A stretch of 63,824 nucleotides of DNA, counting the filler, from Octopus bimaculoides (lineage: Eukaryota), in NCBI RefSeq assembly GCF_001194135.2. It is 6 parts of 6 records of this genome, joined end to end, with 100 filler letters (N's around TTAATTAATTAA, not from the genome) between each part and the next. Parts side by side here need not be neighbours in the genome. Positions count along the whole stretch, not along the records: positions 23,315 to 31,701 come from NC_068993.1; positions 31,802 to 57,186 come from NC_068989.1; 4 more parts are not named here. One strand, 5' to 3'. A program made the position numbers and the translations under genes. A model generated the notes under the pieces. It saw nothing but the letters and a program-made list of their open reading frames with translations, was not told where the DNA came from and searched no databases. This document shows, one piece after another, positions 25,801-38,560 of this stretch. The first letter of the stretch is position 1. Every line of letters begins with the position of its first letter.

Positions 25801-25899
25801 GTCATACAATTTTTTTTTCCGTGAAAGGTAGATATTTTCAAAGTTAACTTTAAAATAAATGCAGTTATAATAATGATTTTTATTAATTTGAGGGTCGAC

Positions 25900-26110
25900 T
25901 GAAATGCGCTCACATGGAATGTAAGTAAATGAAGTTCATTTTTTAACATAGTTCCTCTTACTGTCCACACACTTCCGTCAGTAATTGCAGTGCTTGGATC
26001 CCACTGGTGAAGACGCTATCCAGTTGGTCAATATAGTCATCAACTGCAAATAAGACGTCAACATCACATCGATACTGATACTCTGCCGAGTGTTTTTTCA
26101 TACTGGGAAA
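25900..26110 (-). mobile_element. Mariner transposase 3' fragment
   Basis: QYRCDVDVLFAVDDYIDQLDSVFTSGIQALQ...KCVD corresponds to the mariner C-terminus (..GIQALQHRWKKCVD). Confidence 0.75.
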
Positions 26111-26647
26111 CATGATAATCAGATGGAAGCAAATCACTAACATAGGGGGTAGGTAATCAAACAGTTCAAAGACAGTTACACACAGTAGCCTTTGAAACCA
26201 GACAGACAGAATTTCGTCTTTATCATAATAGAAATATCAAGAAAATGTTATGAAACATTTTAATAGCAGTAAACTTGTTTTATTTAAACACCGACTTTAT
26301 AACTCTTCTCTCCACATCTATCCGCGGACTATATGTTGAGTAACCATTATTTCGTATTCATAAGGTGGTGAGCAGCAGATTGGTTAGCACGCCGACAGTA
26401 TTTCATCCACCTTTGCAATCTGAGTTCAAATTCCATCGTGGTAGATGGTCTGTTTGACCCGTTTGTTGCTAAAATAAGTGCCAGTCAAGCTTTAGAGTCA
26501 ATATGATAGACTACTCACTCCACTTACTTCAAGCCTTGTCTTTATAGTAGAAAGGAATATTTCATGTATGATTTTTAATAACCAAAACTTACTATCATAT
26601 CGCCTTACAGTTGCACGATTGTTTACACTGAAATACTCTGTATTAAT

Positions 26648-26712
26648 ATTTCGAGAGCGAAATATCATTTCGAGAGCGAAATATCATTTCGAGAGCGAAA
26701 TATCATTTCGAG
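26648..26712. repeat. 19-bp tandem repeat, ~3.4 copies, internally palindromic
   Basis: atttcgagagcgaaatatc three times plus atttcgag; atttcg/cgaaat are inverted. Confidence 0.95.
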
Positions 26713-27779
26713 TTGGAACCTCCAGGTTTCCTGTCCTGAAATTGCCTGGCTAAGAGATCATACGGTTGGAGAAATATTTCTGGACACCTTGTAACTATGT
26801 TATGGTACCAACCAGCATGTTACAAAGGGTGTTTAAGAACTCAAAGGTGCATAAAACGACAAACACACACAATCGTGTCCCCGAGTTTGTTTGCAGATAA
26901 CCTCCAGAAAAATGGGTATATTTTCAAAGAAATTTTCTACAAATACCTCTCAGATGGTGTAGAGTACGATTATATCGGAATTTAATGTGAAAAAAAGAAG
27001 AACAGAAAAAGTTCGCGAAAGTACACACATATATACTAACACACATAACATATATATCCACAAAATGGAACTTGAAAATTAAAAAAAAAATTGGGATGTC
27101 TGTCAGTACATATGTGTGCGTGACATCTATTTCGTTCACATTAAATTTTGATATCGTCGTAATGTACGCTGTCTGAGAGGAATTATGTAGAATATTTCCT
27201 GAAAAGATATCTGTTTTTTCCTGAAAGTTATGAGGAAACAATTATGTGGAGGGTACACTTGTGAGCGTTTGTTCAAAATATCTCCACAATCACCAAAAAC
27301 AAGGTGAAGATGACTCTGACTTCATTCTAGTCTTCAGGTATTCGGGTGCGTGCCCCGGCACACACGTTTCCTAACCACTAATCATCACGAAAGGTCGAAA
27401 GAGACTGAGTAGTATTTGAAATGAAGGTCTTGAAGAAAATGTTTCCGATATTATGACGTCATAATGACGATATGAAGAAATATAGAAGTCTCTGGACTAG
27501 ACAAAAAATTATTGAATGAATTTCACATAGATGCTACACGCGCACGCTCACAATGACACATACACATGTACACAAAAAATATTTACATATATAAGGTATG
27601 CAGTTACATCAATGTATGTGTCTGTGATTGGATGTTTGTGTGTGTGTACAAATATATCTGTGTGTACACATATGTGTGTGTGTGTGTTTGTGTCTGTGTT
27701 TGTATACACATATGTGTGTGCATTTGTGTGCGTGTACATCTGTGCATACCTATGTGTCTATCAACATATACAGATACAA

Positions 27780-27970
27780 AGACGGTGAACTGGCAAAATC
27801 GTTAGCACGCCGGGCAAAATGCTTAGCGGCATTTCGTCCGTCTTCATGTTCTGAGTTCAAATTCCACCGAAATCGATTTCGCCTTTTATCTTTTCCGGGT
27901 CGACAAAATAAGTACCTGTTGAGCACTGGGATCTATGTAATGGAATTACTCCCTACTCCAAATATATCTT
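27780..27970 (+). mobile_element. SINE family A
   Basis: ctggcaaaatcgttagcacgccgggcaaaatgcttagcggcatttcgtccg...gagttcaaattcc...gggtcgacaaaataagtacc. Confidence 0.9.
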
Positions 27971-28335
27971 CACGGGAGTACGGACCAACCTCCATTCATT
28001 CTGGAAGAAGAGCTGTGAACTTTAATGTTCTGTCTGTATTCTTCTATCTACTCTTTTACTCCTTATTCATCTATCTATTATTTTATTCCTTCATAAACTG
28101 TGAATTCCTTGTTTAGAACTTTCATACATACTCACCATGTCTCTGATGACGGTATACCCAGTGTATGGAGATGCTAACCTATCATATTGGATATCCCAAG
28201 CACAGCTGTAAGACATCCAATAATTAATTAATTAATTAATTACCTCAAATTCACCTTACTCCAATTAAATATTCCAAATGGCTTGAGATACTCGTCTTGC
28301 ATTTGTTTTTGTTATCCTATTTCTTCATATATAGG

Positions 28336-28490
28336 CACAGGCGCGGCTGTGTGGTAAGAAACTTGATTCTCAACCAGATGGTTCCACGAACAGTCTCACT
28401 ACGTGACACCTTGGGTAAGTGTCTTCTACTATCGGGCCGACCAAAGCCTTATGAGTGGATTTGGTTGGCAGAAACCGAAAGAAACCCATC

Positions 28491-28535
<45 letters not shown>

Positions 28536-28810
28536 TGTATGTATTTGTGTGTCTGTGTTTGTCACCTCACCATCACTTGACAACCGACGTTGGTGTGTGC
28601 ACGTCCCTGTAACTTAGCGATTCGGCAAAAGGCACCGACAGTATAACTACGAGGCTTACAAAGAATAAGTCCTGGGGTCGATTTGATAGACTAAAGGTGG
28701 TTTTCCCACATGACTGCTATCAAATGACTGAAACAACTAAAAGAATAAAAGAATATTCACATTCATATACCTAGGCGGTACGCCAGCATGGCTGCAATCA
28801 AATGGTTAAA
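28336..28810 (+). mobile_element. SINE family B, full length with internal (TA)n
   Basis: Head ggcacaggcgcggctgtgtggtaag...ccttgggtaagtgtcttctactat, internal TA tract, tail cttgacaaccgacgttgg...aaatgactgaaacaa. Confidence 0.9.
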
Positions 28811-29799
28811 ACAAATAAAACTACAAAAGAATATACACACATATAATCGGTAGATTATATTATAAAAGCTGAAAGTGTTGTGCATACCACTGATACCTTT
28901 GTGTGTTCCGCCAAACTACATATACGTATGTATGTATTTATGTATGTCTGCAAGTATGTATTTATGTATGTAATTATGTTTGCAAGTATGTATTTATGTA
29001 TGTAATTATGTTTGCAAGTATGTATTTATGTATGTATGGATGGGTGTGTTTCCTTGAAATATTGTTTTAAGTCTTCCTTAGCAGAATTCAGGCTTGTCAC
29101 TAGCTGACAGGCAAGACTTTTTTGTTTAACCTTTTTGCATATTGTGGCTGCATCATGTCACCGTTTGGATTTTCTCCCATGTAGTAACTGGGCAGCGGCA
29201 GGGAAAGCAATTCTAGAGAAAATGCAGTGTGCTAAATGTTAAGTCAAGACAGCTTCTGTGGTTTGTGGTTAAGTGATTTGGGTGACGTATGCATATATAT
29301 ATCCACAAGAACAAATGAAAATTTGTAGCCTTGTTACAAGAGCTGTATGTTTGTCATCCGTTCTCAGTAGATATTCACCATTTCCCTAATCTTTGAAGAG
29401 ATATTCATATCTGTTGGCCGGGTGCTCTCTTCAACGATGATTGACTTCTGCTCCCTCTCCCATACAGCCAGATCTGGTTTGTTTTGCTTACACTAGGATT
29501 CTGTCTGTATTGGAATATTCTACCTTTTTGTTTCTTTTTAAAGTTTGTGATATTCTCTGTGATTTTATTTTTGGTGTAGCCGTCAAGAACATCTTTCTTG
29601 CGTATAACATTGTTAACCATGTTCACGACAACGTGACATTTCATGGTGGGGTATTATTTGCAGACATTTTCTACCACATTGGTATGTTATAATGGTCACT
29701 TTCTTTCACGTGCGCGGTTTTAGAAGCACCCGGATCTCATTTGTTAAATACGCCATAGCCAGTCTCATGCACGGTTTTGAAAGAACGAGGGCATCTGGC

Positions 29800-30900
29800 G
29801 TAGAGATAGCAGCCCTGCGCTTTAAATTTTCTACATTGCAACTGAAACGCCAACAACATGACGTATGAAACTATGTTAAGGGGAAGTAGTCCTCAGAGAC
29901 TGCGTATGAAGTTTCGCGGTGAAAACTGAAAGGAAGTTACAACGTGGAACAAACTTCTGTCACAAAAGACAACCACAGAACTGGGAACCTGGAATGCCAG
30001 GGACATGTCTGAAACCTTGGAAACGGCCCAGGTTGCTACTGAGATTTATCCCTATAAGTTCACAGTACTAGGCTTTTGTGAGACGAAATAACTGAAGTGT
30101 AACATATATACCTGACTATAAGGGAACCATTGCTCTACGCAGGGTTTGAAGAGGTCAAAGCATCACACATTGAAGGAGTTGGCCTCATGCTCTCCAGAGA
30201 AACAGCTGCATCATTGATGGAACGGTCAGCTGTATCTCTCAGTTCATCACAGCTAGATTCAATACAAAATCAAGACGAGCGTAATACAGTACTATGCACC
30301 AAGCAATGATTCACATAACACAGTGGAAGTATAGAATGCTATGAATAGCTGCATTCTACTATTGCCAGTCTACGAATGGCATAAAGAGACCTAGTCATCC
30401 TCATGGAAAAACTAAATGCAAAGGTTAGGGTAGACAATAGTGGCAGGGGAAAGGTGGTTTATAAGGAGGGACAGAAAGATTGAAAACAATAAGAAAGAAG
30501 AGCTTTTTTTCACAATCCTGCACTTTCAACAGTCTGACCATTGTTAGAAGCATCTTTTCGTACAAGAAAATTCACAAAGCGATTTGGATATACCCGAATC
30601 ACTGTTATGAAAGCCGCATCGACCATATAACCATGTGCACCAAGTTAAGAAGTGTTATGCGTGATGTGAGAGTTTATAGAGGAATGGATATGGAACAAGT
30701 CCATCACCTCTATGTGATACATGTATATATCCTCATAATAACATCTTCGGGCGGAGAGGCTTTTAAAATATACAATATGTTCAACAATATCAATGAGCAT
30801 ATAAAAGTTGGAATGGTGCTCAATAACACTGATTCTTTATCTCTGCCTTATTTTGAACTCCAACGAGGAATCGTCTCTACTAACTTTTAAAGAAAATCAG
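29800..30900 (+). mobile_element. RTE LINE relic (APE N-terminus plus deleted RT remnant)
   Basis: TTTELGTWNARDMSETLETAQVATE..YKFTVLGFCET matches RTE 'GTWNVRTMYETGKTAQV..EM..Y.L.ILG.SE'; later FSYKKIHKAIWIYP and FELQRGI. Confidence 0.8.
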
Positions 30901-30959
30901 CCCGTGAGGGTCTATTTGCACATTATAATTCATTCCTGTCCATCAAGCTAAGGTAGTCT

Positions 30960-31340
30960 ACATTAGAAATGATATCCACAGGATACGGAGTAAATATAGT
31001 GAGGCAAGAGGTAGAAACACCAGTACTTCCGAAAAGTCCTCGTGGAGAATGGCTACAACCATTCTTTCACTAATCACCAGGACGTCACCAAGCCCCCTAA
31101 CAAATCCCACATAACCAAGAATAAAGTGCTTTTGAAAATGCCATATTTTAAAGAAAAAACAACTGAGCAATGCGCCAAAATATCCATAAGGGGAGATTGA
31201 ATGTACTATGGGAACACTCTAGAGATTCTCTGAAGAGAGTCCGAATAAAAACAGGCCAAGACAAAAACAGGTCCAACTACCCAATCCAAGATGAAAATAT
31301 AAGCCTGCAATCCTACAAGATGCATAATCAAAGATAGCAA
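30960..31340 (+). mobile_element. Possible Penelope-like fragment (RT C-terminus to GIY-YIG)
   Basis: IRNDIHRIRSKYSEA.. and YYGNT..RESE weakly match the Penelope 'EI..IR.KF.KA' and 'YIGET.R' regions. Confidence 0.3.
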
Positions 31341-31404
31341 ATGTAATGAATTATCTGATACACATATGTACGTATATATATATACATATACGCACATGCA
31401 AAAA

Positions 31405-31477
<73 letters not shown>

Positions 31478-31957
31478 CTTCTCACGGACGTGCTGTCACA
31501 TCGGCTGCGAAGGTAAACGTTTATTTGACCTTTTACTGTCCACATTTTGTTGGAATTTTTAAATAATTTTGTTGCGAAGCACCTAGGCTTCATTTGTGTG
31601 TATTTTCAAGGGCAGGAATTGACCCCCAGGGGCAGATTCGTCCCTAGCAAAATACAAAAATTTCCTTCTTGACATTTGAAAAATGTCGAGAAACATAATT
31701 TNNNNNNNNNNNNNNNNNNNNNNNNNNNNNNNNNNNNNNNNNNNNTTAATTAATTAANNNNNNNNNNNNNNNNNNNNNNNNNNNNNNNNNNNNNNNNNNN
31801 NATGGTTTCTTAAACATTCACTTGAACAAAACTGTACAAATCCAAATATATGGTACCCTAAGCATAACACCTACATGAACTTCTAACTTGTTGTCTCTTG
31901 TGGTCTCTGGGTGAGACTTGGATCCAACTTGTACAAATGCAAAACAAAAGTCAAACA

Positions 31958-32001
<44 letters not shown>

Positions 32002-32033
32002 TGATGATGATGATGATGATGATGATAATAATG

Positions 32034-32075
<42 letters not shown>

Positions 32076-32077
<2 letters not shown>

Positions 32078-32280
32078 CTTTTCTACTCTAGGCACAAGGC
32101 CCGAAATTTTGGGGGAGGAGGCCAGTCGATTAGATCGACCCCAGTACGCAAATGGTACGAATTTATCGATCCCGATAGGATGAAAGGCAAAGTCGACCTC
32201 GGTAGGATTTGAACTCAGGACGTAAAGACAGACGAAATACAGCTAAGCATTTCGTCGAGCGTGCTAACGATTTTGCCAGC
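32076..32280 (-). mobile_element. SINE family A abutting an (AAT/GAT)n tract
   Basis: ttttctactctaggcacaaggcccgaaatttt...aggatgaaaggcaaagtcgacctcgg...gaactcag. Confidence 0.9.
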
Positions 32281-33189
32281 TCAAATAATCTGCTACTATA
32301 TTTCACGAGGAATAATCGCCGATCTCAGCTTTTTCTCTATACAAGAATTTAGCGCTGAACATGTTTCTATAAATTTCTTGCTCGATACTGCTTTTCCTGC
32401 TACGCCAAAGAATATATCTTCAGAACTATTGGAGCGTAGTGGAAAGACAAAAGGAAAGTAGGCGTTTATATGTGTGTTTTGTTATGAAGCAATGCGTTTG
32501 ATTTTGATGTTGCTTGGAGTTTCGAGTTTTTGCTTTTTGTTAGTTTTGGTGGGGAGCCTGCTTCTTTTCTTCATAGTTGATGGGGGCGGTGGATTTTTCT
32601 ACCCTATCGCCTCGAGTCATCGTCAAAAATAACTTAGGAATATTTACAGTTGCAGAAGAAACATTTGTTAATAGGAAACAGAAATGTAATTCGGATAATG
32701 TGTATGAATAAATGATAAGAAAAACCTACATTAAATTACGAAAATAAAACAAAGAACAAAAAATTTAAAGACAGATAGAGGGAGACAAACAAGCAGAGAG
32801 AGGAACAGAGAGAGAGACAGAGACAGAGAGAGAAATATAAAACAAAGTCGGGGGGAAATTTCCCATGCATTGCGAATATCGCAAAGAATGGTTAAATGGT
32901 TGTTGTACTAGCTAGTTGCTGTAAATAGTTTCTAAATACAAGTCAGGTTCACTGTGTCATCTTTATTTAATATAAAGGTTGTTGTTCTCGCTGCTGTTTT
33001 AGCGTTGTATTTTTATTTCCGGTTAAATATTTGTCTAAAAAGAATGAAAATAAAGAAAGCTACAATAACAACAATTACGATATTAATGATAGATATAGTC
33101 TGGACTATGTTTTGTTGGCGCCGAACTTAATATTTTGCAACATGTACATGTTACTATGTTATATCTTAGCCATTAATATTATTACTAAC

Positions 33190-35350
33190 CGGCATGTAAG
33201 GCAACGAGCTGGCAGAATCGTTAGCACGCCGGGCAAAATGCTCAACGGCATTTCGTCCGGCTTCCCGTTCTAAGTACAAATTCCATCGAGGCCGACTTTG
33301 CCTTTCATTTTTTCGGGGTTGAGAAAATAAGTGTCAGCTTCGAACTGGGGTCGGTGTAATCGACTAGTCCTCTCCCCACAAATTTCGGACCTCGTGCCTT
33401 TAGTAGAAAAGATTATTATTATTACTAACCGGCGTGTAAGGCAACGAGCTGGCCGAATCGTTAGCATGTCAGACAAAATGCTTTGCGGCATTTCGTACGT
33501 CTTTATGTTCTGAGCTAAAATTCCGCCGAGGCCGAGTTTGCCTTTCGTCCTTTCGAGGTCGGTAAAATACGTACCAGCTGTGCACTGGGGGTAAGTATAA
33601 TCGACTTATCCTCTCTCCTTAAATTGCTGGCCTTGAGTCAAAATTTTGAGCCATTACTATTATTAGTAACCTGTGTGTAAGGCAAAATCCTTAACACACC
33701 GGATATAATGCTTTTCAGCATTTCGTCTGTTTTTACATTCTGAGTTCAAATTCCGCCGAAGTTGACTTTATGTTTCATCCTTTCGGGGTCAATAAAATAA
33801 GTACCAGTTAAGTACTGAGGTCGATGTAGTCAATTACACACCTCCTCCAAATGTCACGCTTTGTGCCTATATTAGAAAGGATTATTACAAAGCTGTGTTA
33901 AGCGGCGAGCTGGCAGAATCGTTAACACACAGGACATAATGCTTAGCGGCATTTCGTCCGTCTTTACGTTCTAAGGTCAAATTCCGCCAAGATAGAATTT
34001 GTCTTTCATCCTTTCGAGGTCGATAAAATAAGTACTAGTTGATCACTGCTGTCGATGTAATCGACTTACTCCATCTCCCGAACCTGATAGCCTTATGTAT
34101 ATATTAGAAAGAATTATTACTAACCCTTGGAAAAATCGTTTGTGCGTCGGGTAAAGTGCTTAACTGGTTTTTTCCGGTTCTTTACACTCTGAGTCACAGA
34201 GGTAGACTTTGCCTTTCACCTTTTCGGAGTCGATAAAATATATACCAGATGAGTATTGGAGTCGATGTAATTGATTTACTACTTCCTTCTCAACTAAAAT
34301 TCATGGTCTTGTGTCAAAACTACAAAGAATTATTACTACTGACCCTCCAAGGGCAACGAGCAGCCAAAACCGTTGGCGGGTTTGTGGTATTTCTTCCAGT
34401 TCTTTACATTCTGAGTTCAAATTCTTCCGGGGCCAACTTTACTTTTCATCACTTCGGGGTCGATAAAAATAAATTAATAGTTAAGTATTGGGGTCGAGAG
34501 CATCGGCTATCCCCCTACCATGAAAACTTTTAGCCTTGTTCCAGAAGTTGAAACATTATCACTAACTCTATGCTTCGAGTTTAATTCTCGTCGGGGTCAA
34601 CCATGCCATTCATCTTTCCGGGACGATAATATAAGTAGCAGTCAAGTACTGAGGCGTATAAATATCGACCAAATCCTTCCCCTAAAAATTTCTGGATCTG
34701 TGCCTTAATTAGAAATCATTATTGATAACCCTCCTGAGGCGGTGAGCTGGCAGAATCGTTAGCGCGCCGATCAAAACGCTTCGCATTTTCGACCCCACTG
34801 TTGGACTGGTACTTCGGCTATCCCCTCAAAATTGCTGGCCTTGTGCCAAAAGTTAGTAAGAATTATTAAAAACCCTCCTTGAAAGGCGGCGAGCTGGTAG
34901 AATCGTTAACGCGTCGGGGAAAAGTGTGTAGCAGCATTTCTTCAGACTTTACGCTGTGAGTTCAAATTCCGCTGAGATCGAGTTTATCATTCAATCTTTC
35001 GTAGTCGATAAAATAAGTACCCGTCAAGTACTGACAACGATATAATCTACTTAACTCTTCCCCAAAAATTTCATACTTTACGCCTGTATTAGAAAAAATT
35101 ATGAACCTTCCTCGGGCGGTGAGCTAGCAGAAAAATCAGAGTTGTCGAAGAAAGTTGCTTTACAGTATTTCTTCTGGATTTTTACGCTCTGAGTTCGAAT
35201 CTCACCGAGGTCAACTTAGCCTTTCATTTTTTTTTTTTTTTGTGGAAGATGCAATAAAGCACCAGTATAGTTTCTGGGGTCGATGATATCGACGAACCAG
35301 CCTCCTTTCCTAAATATTGCTGGTTTTGCACCTATGTCATAACTATTGTC
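33190..35350 (+). mobile_element. Head-to-tail tandem array of ~10 SINE family A units
   Basis: Heads recur near 33199, 33438, 33679, 33900, 34130, 34349, 34570 (partial), 34736 (deleted), 34880 and 35114, each after an attatta.t(a)acc junction. Confidence 0.9.
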
Positions 35351-35599
35351 ACTAATACTCCTAAATTTAAAAAGAAAACAAACAATGAACGAACGCCACT
35401 CTTGTTCACCCAGTATATTAAAATCAGGCTGTGAATGAAGTACAAATGACAAATCAGGCCGCGAATGAGGTGGGTGCAAATGACAAACGATGAAGAAGAA
35501 GAAGAAGAAGAAGAAGAAGAAGAAGAAGAAGAAGAAGAAGAAGAAGAATAGTAGTGAAATTGACAAACCTTTTGTTTGTTGTGTCTTAATGAGATGTTC

Positions 35600-36000
35600 A
35601 CGTCACTTTACTTCTTGTGACTATGGGATATAGGTACAAAAAGTTGAGGTTTTCACTTCTTATGGATATGCGAAACAGCTACTAGATTTTTATGGATATC
35701 AGTTTCATGTGCTGTAGGAAATGACTAAAAGATTTTGAGGACTTTGCTTCTTGTGGCTGTGGGAAACAAGTGCTAGATTTTAAGGAATTCCTTTCTTTTG
35801 GCCGGAAAAACAGGCAATTTTACGATTTCACTTTTTGTAGCTGCGAGAGACAGGTACTAGATTTTAAGGAATTCGTTTCTTGTGTTTGTAAGAAATAGAT
35901 ACTAGATTTTGAGGAATCTTCTTCTTTAGCTGTGGGAAACAGGAACTAGATTTTAGGGTTTCAATTCCTACAGCTGTGAGAAACAGGTACTAGATGTTAA
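35600..36000. repeat. Diverged minisatellite, ~9 units of ~44-45 bp
   Basis: Consensus approximately ttcacttcttgtggctgtgggaaacaggtactagattttgaggaa. Confidence 0.85.
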
Positions 36001-36179
36001 AGGAAAGTTATTAGTTATAAATAACGAGAGTTTAGTTGAAGACGCAATTTGTCTGTCATCTCTTTTATGAAGATTTTAGGTTAATTAGACATTAGCTCGA
36101 AGGACTCTAGTAGTTAAGTGAAAGATTCATTTTAACAGTAATTCATTTCTGTAAATATACATATATGTACGCGTGACTT

Positions 36180-36385
36180 TGAGTAATTCGTCCACCGCTT
36201 GACAACCGACGCTGGTTTCTTTCCGTTCTTGTAACTCGGCGATTGGGTAATAGAAGCCGATAGAATAATTATCAGATTCTAAAATAAATTCTAAGGTCGA
36301 TTTTGTTCGACTAAACCCTTTAAAGCGGTGCCCCAGTATTGCCGCAGTCCCATGACTAAAGCAAGTAAAAGATAAAAGATAAATA
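36180..36385 (+). mobile_element. SINE family B 3' half
   Basis: ccaccgcttgacaaccgacgctgg...aaagcggtgccccagtattgccgcagtc..atgactaaagcaagtaaaagat. Confidence 0.8.
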
Positions 36386-36889
36386 CACAATTGAGAAAAT
36401 TACTATCATCACGCGCTCATAATACAACTGTTCCATAAATGAGAAGCCATATGGTCTTTATAAATTATCAATGATATTAGCATCAAGAATCATCTGTCAA
36501 AAGTAAGATTAGACTGCAACGACCACAACAAAAACATTAGCATAGCGAATGATATCGGAATAACAACGAAATATGTTGCCGTTCAAACAAGAACATCAAA
36601 GAAGAATTGAGAAATGGACAAACAAAATATTTATGGATTAGATATAGTTTCTTACACTGGCATACAAAGCCATAAATTCGACTGCCACAGGGAATACAAA
36701 AATAAATAAATAACGGTGATAGCAGCCAGAAAGACAACCATATCATTGATTATGTTAAATAATAACGACAATTATAACAACAAACATTTGTAATATAATA
36801 ATGATTTCAATAATCAGAGAAGAAAACTAAAGCTAATTATCATTTCTAACGTTTGCAAAAGATCACAAATATTGGATTCATATTTTGGC

Positions 36890-37310
36890 AGAGGACTAGC
36901 TATTTAAGGTCAGGAGTAAGTCGATTACATCGACCTCAGTGTTCAACTGGTACTTATTTTTGTCCCAACGATTCTGCCTTAAACCAGGCCAAAATTTGAG
37001 ATATTGGTCTCAAATTTTGGCGCGAGACCACCAATTTTAGAGAAGAGATATGTCACTTATATCGACCCCAGTGTTCAACTGGTACTTATTTTATCGATGC
37101 CAAGATGATAAAAGGCAAAGTCAACCTCCGCAGAATTTGAACTCAGAGAATAAAGACGAACGAAATTCCGCTGAGCATTTTCCTAACAATGCTGAGCATT
37201 TTGCCGGTTCACCGCCTTAAATATTACAAATATTTATTGGACACATGTAATCGATTTGATAGACCTCAGTACATGACTGGTAGTCATTTTCTCCATCCTG
37301 AAGGAATAAA
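36890..37310 (-). mobile_element. Clustered SINE family A fragments
   Basis: Repeated gtcgattacatcgacc.cagtgttcaactggtacttatttt blocks. Confidence 0.8.
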
Positions 37311-37484
37311 AAATAAAGCGAGCACTGTTAAGATTTGAGGTCAAACTGAAATTAAATAATGATTACTTCAGTAATTAGAATTTTTAATGAACGAAGATGG
37401 CGACAGCAATAACAGTAAGAACGAAGAGAATTAAACACGCAACAGGCACTAATGATTTCTGTCGGAAACACATCTTTTAACCTT

Positions 37485-37884
37485 TATTTGTTTCAGTCCT
37501 TAGACTGCGGCCATGCTGGGGTACCGCTTTGACGGTTTAGTCGAACAAATCGACCCCGTACTTTTTTAAGTCTGGTAATTATTCTATCGTTCTCTTTTGC
37601 CGAACCGCCACGTTACGGGAAGGTAAATAAACCAACACCGGTTGTCAGCGCTCGTGGAGAATAAACACAAACACACACAAATATGGATGTGTATATANNN
37701 NNNNNNNNNNNNNNNNNNNNNNNNNNNNNNNNNNNNNNNNNNNNNNNNNNNNNNNNNNNNNNNNNNNNNNNNNNNNNNNNNNNNNNNNNNNNNNNNNNNN
37801 NNNNNNNNNNNNNNNNNNNNNNNNNNNNNNNNNNNNNNNNTATATATATACATACAAATATATATACATACATACATATATATA

Positions 37885-37947
<63 letters not shown>

Positions 37948-38112
37948 TGGGCTTCCACATATTTTCTGTCTACCAAATTCACTCACAAAGCATTAATCGG
38001 TTCGAGTCTATAATGGAAAACACTTGCCCAAAGTGCCGCGCTATGGGGACTGAACCGAAAACCACGTGACTGCAAGACGAGATTTTTAACCACGCAGCCA
38101 TGCCTACGCCTA
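37485..38112 (-). mobile_element. SINE family B, full length; internal microsatellite contains an N-gap
   Basis: Tail gactgcggccatgctgggg.accgc at 37500; head aaccacgcagccatgcctacgcc at 38088-38110. Confidence 0.9.
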
Positions 38113-38279
38113 TGGAATATTACGAAAAAACATTCCAGTTGACATGGTTTTTATAAAGGGAACATAATTTACTGATTCAACGGGTATAAAAAAAAAGAAT
38201 ACAGTTCTTGGAGGGTATGAATGCGGAGTATTCTAAGAACGAAATTCTACATATCTAAACATGTTTAACCCAGAGCTAT

Positions 38280-38560
38280 ACCTTCTTTGTCAATCGACTT
38301 CCACAAGAAAAATCAATATTATCGATTTTAGAAAATTAAAAGAAATCAGTAATTCAGGGTCAATACGTTCTTAGTAAAGGAATCAACAGAACTTGGAGTA
38401 AATTTGCACTGTTAAGCAAATACGTTTGATGGCCTTGCTACAAGTATGTCTGTAACAGTCGAAGATGCACTCAGCTTAAACAATGAAAGAATAAAAACAA
38501 TATGGTGTCCAATTCATTCAGTTCCCAGCATGCAACTTTTCATGTTAGCTAGAGAGGCAC
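38280..38560 (+). mobile_element. Possible decayed hAT (Charlie/Buster-like) catalytic fragment
   Basis: ELYLLCQSTST.., FDGLATSMS.., WCPIHS weakly match EEFLFC..L..TT / TDGA..M.G / THC.IH. Confidence 0.3.

Noticed and set aside
19700-26110. Mariner 5' (19.7-20.06 kb) and 3' (25.9-26.1 kb) pieces as one interrupted element
   Set aside because: Both are on the minus strand but in the wrong order for a single element, so they are separate copies.
27450-27465. 16-bp palindrome attatgacgtcataat containing a CRE site (also gtcacgtgac near 18851)
   Set aside because: Palindromes of this size are expected by chance in 60 kb of AT-rich DNA, and there is no supported gene nearby.
33190-36000. CRISPR-like array
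   Set aside because: Units are diverged SINEs or minisatellite monomers without unique spacers; there are no cas genes and the context is eukaryotic.
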